Shown here piece by piece: positions 30,563-32,000 of a stretch of DNA of 32,000 nt. Source of the DNA: an uncultured Erysipelotrichaceae bacterium (GTDB taxonomy: Bacteria; Bacillota_I; Bacilli_A; Erysipelotrichales; Erysipelotrichaceae). Location: NCBI GenBank assembly GCA_942492995.1, contig OW818653.1, forward strand, positions 210,001 to 242,000, read 5' to 3'. The notes beneath the pieces are model-generated. The model ran no database searches. It was not told the origin of the DNA and saw only the letters and a list, made by a program, of their open reading frames with translations. Position 1 is the first letter of the stretch, and each line of letters begins with the position of its first letter. The position numbers and the translations under genes were made by a program.

Positions 30563-32000
30563 ATGAATTTAAAAAATAAAGTTAATATTCACAATCGATT
30601 TGACATCGAGATTAAAGATTCTATAACTGGAGAGTTAAAGAAATCGATTACTTCATATAATATAGTTTTAAATCAAATGTATACTCGTTTATGTGGTGGA
30701 TCTTCGTATTTTGTTAACATACATTTTGGATCAGGCGCAGGTACTTTAGCTGCATCAAGAACAACTTTGTTTAGTCATCTTGGTACTAAAGTAGCAGTTG
30801 ATGAAGAGATAATAAAAGCTATTCCTTTAAGTACTTGGAAACGCAAAGTCGTTTTAAATCCAGAAGAATTTGTTGGTAATACGATATCTGAAGTAGGTAT
30901 TGCTTATGGAGCAACAAACACAAATTTGGTAACTCACTCGTTATTAAAAGACAGTGAAGGCAATCCAATTTCAATTGTTAAGACAGACGTAGATATTATC
31001 ACGATTTATGCGACTGTTTTTGTTACTTTTGATAATACTAATCCGAATTTAACGTACTTAAGCATGCCAAGTAGTAATACATTAGTTAATTATCTAATCG
31101 GTGGAGCAACTGCACCGACTGGAGCTTTTAGTTTAAATGATACATTTTTAGCGAAAATTAAATTGGGAACAACATCAACCGTTACATGGACAAGTGATAC
31201 GGCTAACAAACAAAGAAAAACAAATATACCTAGATTTGCGACTACTTCTGGTAATGGACACGTGAAATTTTTAGAATTCACAAATATATTTAGTCTAGAG
31301 TTGCCTTATACACCTGTATTTACAGGTCAAGGATATACTGGAGTATCTTTAGGTATCGGTGATGGAGTAGAGGAAGAATTTCAATTACCATCTGCTAATA
31401 TTAAGGATGATAGCATAGTGGTTAAGAGAAATGGTGTTGTAGAATCGTTATCAAATTATGTTTTGAGTGATTTTATAGGCGAACATAGATCTTCTAAAGT
31501 TCAAGTATTATCAATTGGAGGTTATTCAATACCATCTATTGCAATCTCAGGTGATGGCAAAGTTGTAGCAATCCCTCTTAGTAATTCGAATAACATAAGT
31601 ATATGTGATTTTGATGGAGAAAACTTAATATCTAGGTTTGAATATAATACACTTGCTCAATCAACTTATGATATAGCATTGAGTTATGATGGAATGGTTG
31701 TTGCAAGATCGAGTGCAAACGGTTCAATAATAGGCAGTGTAAGTGGATTCGCCAAAGTGTTTGATGTTGTTGGAAGTACACTTATTCCAAGAGCAACATT
31801 ATCCGATACTAATAGTGTTGTTCAACATTTAGAACTTTCAAACGATGGAAATCGACTTATATATGCGCCAAACTCTAGCACTTTAAAGAGTGTATTATGG
31901 AGTGGAACAAGCTGGAGTTATCAAACATTCGATGAAGTAATTAATAGTGCAAATATTGTTCAATTGAAGATGAATAAGACAGGCAATGTGTTAGCTGTTG
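30563..32000 (+). CDS. Tail fiber / receptor-binding candidate with beta-propeller-like repeats (3' end outside the window; absent from the ORF track)
   Basis: SD AAGGAGAG 5 nt before the ATG at 30563. I translated the frame by hand and it stays open to position 32000. C-terminal repeats ISGDGKVVA, LSYDGMVVA, LSNDGNRLI and MNKTGNVLAV. Confidence 0.75.
   Translation, partial: MNLKNKVNIHNRFDIEIKDSITGELKKSITSYNIVLNQMYTRLCGGSSYFVNIHFGSGAGTLAASRTTLFSHLGTKVAVDEEIIKAIPLSTWKRKVVLNPEEFVGNTISEVGIAYGATNTNLVTHSLLKDSEGNPISIVKTDVDIITIYATVFVTFDNTNPNLTYLSMPSSNTLVNYLIGGATAPTGAFSLNDTFLAKIKLGTTSTVTWTSDTANKQRKTNIPRFATTSGNGHVKFLEFTNIFSLELPYTPVFTGQGYTGVSLGIGDGVEEEFQLPSANIKDDSIVVKRNGVVESLSNYVLSDFIGEHRSSKVQVLSIGGYSIPSIAISGDGKVVAIPLSNSNNISICDFDGENLISRFEYNTLAQSTYDIALSYDGMVVARSSANGSIIGSVSGFAKVFDVVGSTLIPRATLSDTNSVVQHLELSNDGNRLIYAPNSSTLKSVLWSGTSWSYQTFDEVINSANIVQLKMNKTGNVLAV

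Larger units (their letters stand above)
4031..32000. mobile_element. Integrated temperate siphovirus prophage (left end plus at least 28 kb; right end outside the window)
   Basis: Integrase, repressor/Cro switch, antirepressor, replication, HNH/terminase, portal, protease, capsid and tail modules appear in canonical order. The exact attL core cannot be defined without attR. Confidence 0.9.

Noticed and set aside
1-32000. Alternative genetic code (TGA = Trp, Mollicutes-like), considered because of the very low GC.
   Set aside because: TGA terminates ORFs exactly where the next SD/ATG begins (for example 10244-10246, 16409-16411, 17698-17700). Trp is encoded by TGG throughout.

Overview
The window is AT-rich (about 30% G+C by eye) and uses the standard code: TGA acts as a stop and Trp is TGG. 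It looks like a low-GC Bacillota-type genome. Positions 1 to about 4030 are ordinary chromosome: the tail of a polytopic membrane protein, a Gfo/Idh/MocA oxidoreductase, an EamA transporter, an SDR and a small hypothetical protein. From about 4031 to the window end lies at least 28 kb of an integrated temperate siphovirus whose right end is outside the window. In order, the prophage contains: (1) a minus-strand lysogeny operon (XRE repressor, ImmA-type peptidase, membrane cargo gene, tyrosine integrase); (2) a divergent promoter switch with CTTAAG-N4-CTTAAG operators and a Cro-like HTH; (3) a 300-bp ORF-free spacer rich in palindromes and long-range complementarity; (4) an unusual block of interleaved opposite-strand small genes punctuated by a triplicated 31-nt leader; (5) a Bro-N/KilAC antirepressor; (6) early genes including a secreted 3D-domain-like protein, a second Xer-like tyrosine recombinase and an orphan C5 DNA methyltransferase with repeated TRD-like modules; (7) a DnaD-type replisome organizer with ori-like repeats inside the gene; (8) an ArpU/RinA-like regulator; (9) a self-contained two-gene moron with its own promoter and terminator; (10) an HK97-style late operon (HNH, cos-like GC island, terS, terL, portal, ClpP-like protease, capsid, head-tail joining genes, major tail, G/GT chaperone with a -1 frameshift, tape measure, distal tail genes). 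I saw no rRNA, tRNA or CRISPR array. The best candidates for an undescribed system are the moron pair at 16854-18284 (soluble protein plus 4-TM protein), the interleaved small-gene block with its conserved leader (7901-9475), the structured spacer just downstream of cro (7602-7900), and the membrane cargo gene in the lysogeny operon (5327-6391). All functional calls rest on motifs read by eye and on gene order; no database search was possible.
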